Shown: one piece after another, positions 61,918 to 64,000 of the stretch | How the letters are laid out: every line of letters begins with the position of its first letter | Numbering within the stretch: the stretch's first letter is position 1 | Assembly (NCBI GenBank): GCA_045159875.1 | Contig: CP067995.1 | Coordinates: 2,304,001-2,368,000 of the forward strand | DNA from: a cyanobacterium endosymbiont of Rhopalodia gibba | GTDB taxonomy: Bacteria > Cyanobacteriota > Cyanobacteriia > Cyanobacteriales > Microcystaceae | Length of the DNA: 64,000 nucleotides | Direction of reading: 5' to 3' | Program-made: the position numbers and the translations under genes | Notes under the pieces: generated by a model | The model's input: the letters and a program-made list of their open reading frames with translations, nothing else | The model's database searches: none | What the model was told of the DNA's origin: nothing

Positions 61918-63648
61918 ATGTCCCCCCCCATTCAACCCTTACCTTCAGATGTTGTTAGCCTCATTGCTGCTGGAGAAGTAATTGACTCTCTGGCTGCGGT
62001 AGTGAGAGAGTTGGCTGAAAATGCTCTTGATGCTCAAGCAACTCGCCTAGCTATTTCCCTCTTACCAGAGACATGGTGTGTTAAGGTGGCAGATAATGGC
62101 GAAGGAATGTCTCTCAATGACTTGCGCAACTGTGCTAAATCTCACAGTACCAGTAAAATTGCTCACTTCAATGATTTAGCTAAGATTACTAGTCTAGGAT
62201 TTCGAGGAGAGGCATTACATAGTTTGTCCCAAGTCTGTGAGTTAGAAATTGCTAGTCGTTATGCTATAGACCCCCAAGGGATGGGATGGCATTTACGTTA
62301 CGATAACCCAGGAAAACCTCTAACAGAACAACCCACGGCGATCGCCCCGGGAACGATAGTGACTGTATCAGATTTGTTTGGAAATATGCCAGTCCGTCGT
62401 CAAGGTTTACCTTCCCTCTCGCAACAACTGAAAGGAGTACAATCAATTGTTGAAAACCTAGCTTTATGTCATCCTCAGGTGAATTGGCACGTCTGGCACA
62501 ATGAGCGATTATGGCTTAATATTAGTCCGGGAAAAACAGCTCAGGATATTTTACCTCAACTCCTTAAACAGGTTCATCACCATGATTTACAATTCGTTTC
62601 ACAACAGGTAAAAATTCCCGATAATTGTGTTTTTCAATCTTTGGAAAAGGCGCAGTTAATTGATTTCCCCTTACCTCCATTAGAAAAAAACGGATTAGTT
62701 GAAGTTACTTTAGGATTGCCTGATCGCTGTCATCGCCGACGACCTGATTGGGTAAAGGTAGGAATTAATGGACGTGTTGTTCGATTACCTCAATTAGAAC
62801 AGACAATTTTAATGACTTTTAGTCGAACTTTACCTAAAGATCGTTTTCCTATTTGTTTTCTTAACTTGACTATTTCCCCTAATCACATTGATTGGAATCG
62901 CCACCCTGCTAAGGCTAAAATTTATCTTTATGCCCTCAACTTTTGGCAAAAAAGAATTTCTGAGATTATTGAACAAGGATTACGATTATTTCCTCAAACC
63001 CTGTCGATAGCGGCTCAAAATCAACGAGTTGAAAAGTTACTTAAAGCAGTAGAAAAGAAAGAAAATTGCAACATTATACTGAAAACTTCTAACGAGATCA
63101 GATTAATGCCTTTGAAAGCGGTGGCACAGGTACGCAATACTTATATTGTGGCAGAACATTCAAGTGGATTATGGTTAATTGAACAACATATTGCCCAAGA
63201 ACGAGTATTGTACGAAAAGTTACAGAGAGACTGGGAATTTATAGCGTTAGATACCCCTATAATCTTAACAAAGATATCTTCTTACCAAATCGAACAATTA
63301 CAAAGAATTGGGTTAGAAGTTGAAGGATTTGGTAAGAAGATGTGGGCGGTTCGTACCATTCCTAAAATACTAAGTCAACGCGATGATCGCCAAGATGCTT
63401 TAATAGAGTTAAGTTTGGGAGGGGATTTAGAAACAGCGCAAATAGCTACTGCTTGTCGCAGTGCAATTCGCAATGGAACCCCGATGAATTTATCCCAGAT
63501 GCAAGCCCTTTTAGATAGTTGGAGAACAACCCGAAACCCCCGGACTTGTCCTCACGGTAGACCAATTTATTTATCCTTAGAAGATTCTTCTTTATCTCGG
63601 TTTTTTTGCCGTCATTGGGTAATCGGAAAAAGTCATGGAATTTTCTAA
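61918..63648 (+). CDS. mutL: DNA mismatch repair protein MutL
   Basis: IAAGEVID, ELAENALDA, TSKI, SLGFRGEAL, EQHIAQERV, ACRSAI, CPHGRP. Confidence 0.95.
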   Translation: MSPPIQPLPSDVVSLIAAGEVIDSLAAVVRELAENALDAQATRLAISLLPETWCVKVADNGEGMSLNDLRNCAKSHSTSKIAHFNDLAKITSLGFRGEALHSLSQVCELEIASRYAIDPQGMGWHLRYDNPGKPLTEQPTAIAPGTIVTVSDLFGNMPVRRQGLPSLSQQLKGVQSIVENLALCHPQVNWHVWHNERLWLNISPGKTAQDILPQLLKQVHHHDLQFVSQQVKIPDNCVFQSLEKAQLIDFPLPPLEKNGLVEVTLGLPDRCHRRRPDWVKVGINGRVVRLPQLEQTILMTFSRTLPKDRFPICFLNLTISPNHIDWNRHPAKAKIYLYALNFWQKRISEIIEQGLRLFPQTLSIAAQNQRVEKLLKAVEKKENCNIILKTSNEIRLMPLKAVAQVRNTYIVAEHSSGLWLIEQHIAQERVLYEKLQRDWEFIALDTPIILTKISSYQIEQLQRIGLEVEGFGKKMWAVRTIPKILSQRDDRQDALIELSLGGDLETAQIATACRSAIRNGTPMNLSQMQALLDSWRTTRNPRTCPHGRPIYLSLEDSSLSRFFCRHWVIGKSHGIF

Positions 63649-64000
63649 AGATAGAAGTCAACTTACTTTACTAGAAAGGGAAATCATAAGTCATAAGTTA
63701 GATTTATAGTTAGGTATTCTCATTACTAAATAAAATCAAATTGAGATAATATATAGTTTCTATAGATTTCTCTGACAAGAATTTTATATTATTCTGCTTC
63801 AAATTTAGTCATAGGTTTTCCATGTTTTAGCAGTGATTTAGATATTTCTCTGCTTAGAAAGCAAAGGATCAATATCACAAATAAAACTTGCTTAAATTTT
63901 TACACAAAACATATTGACTTTTATTTAAACCTCACATTTTTTTGTGTTAACTAGTATTTAAAGCCATTTAGCTTTTCGTTTAATAGTTTTTATTTCACTA

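Overview
This is a cyanobacterial chromosome window in an advanced state of reductive evolution. About 38 intact housekeeping genes are separated by 1-2 kb, very AT-rich spacers, many of which still translate into recognisable pseudogene fragments. Intact genes include serS, mtnA, fabZ, mgtE, ilvN, rpsF, aroQ, lpxD, ftrV, pyrB, ndbB, pgk, petE, anmK, cdsA, cbiT, tgt, an SLH-OprB porin, phoU, map, petH, lepB, hypAB, rpaA and mutL. Decayed genes include a DevA-like ABC ATPase, second copies of mgtE and the porin, a GGDEF-EAL protein, rmlB, rmlD, a sulfotransferase, a two-component pair, another OmpR regulator, an RND adaptor, an FG-GAP protein, mazG and a YheT-like hydrolase. The pattern best fits a non-photosynthetic, N2-fixing endosymbiont of rhopalodiacean diatoms (spheroid body/diazoplast); this is an inference. 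Three observations stand out. (1) petH has lost its phycobilisome-binding CpcD-like N-terminal domain to stops and frameshifts, so only the short FNR isoform can be made. (2) An intact 45-codon gene missed by the ORF track, upstream of aroQ, resembles the ATP-synthase inhibitor AtpTheta. (3) A structured ~160-bp element resembles an IS200/IS605 right end / TnpB omega-RNA with no tnpB beside it. I found no tRNA, rRNA, CRISPR array or intact mobile element. Family calls are by motif recognition, not database search, and pseudogene boundaries are approximate.
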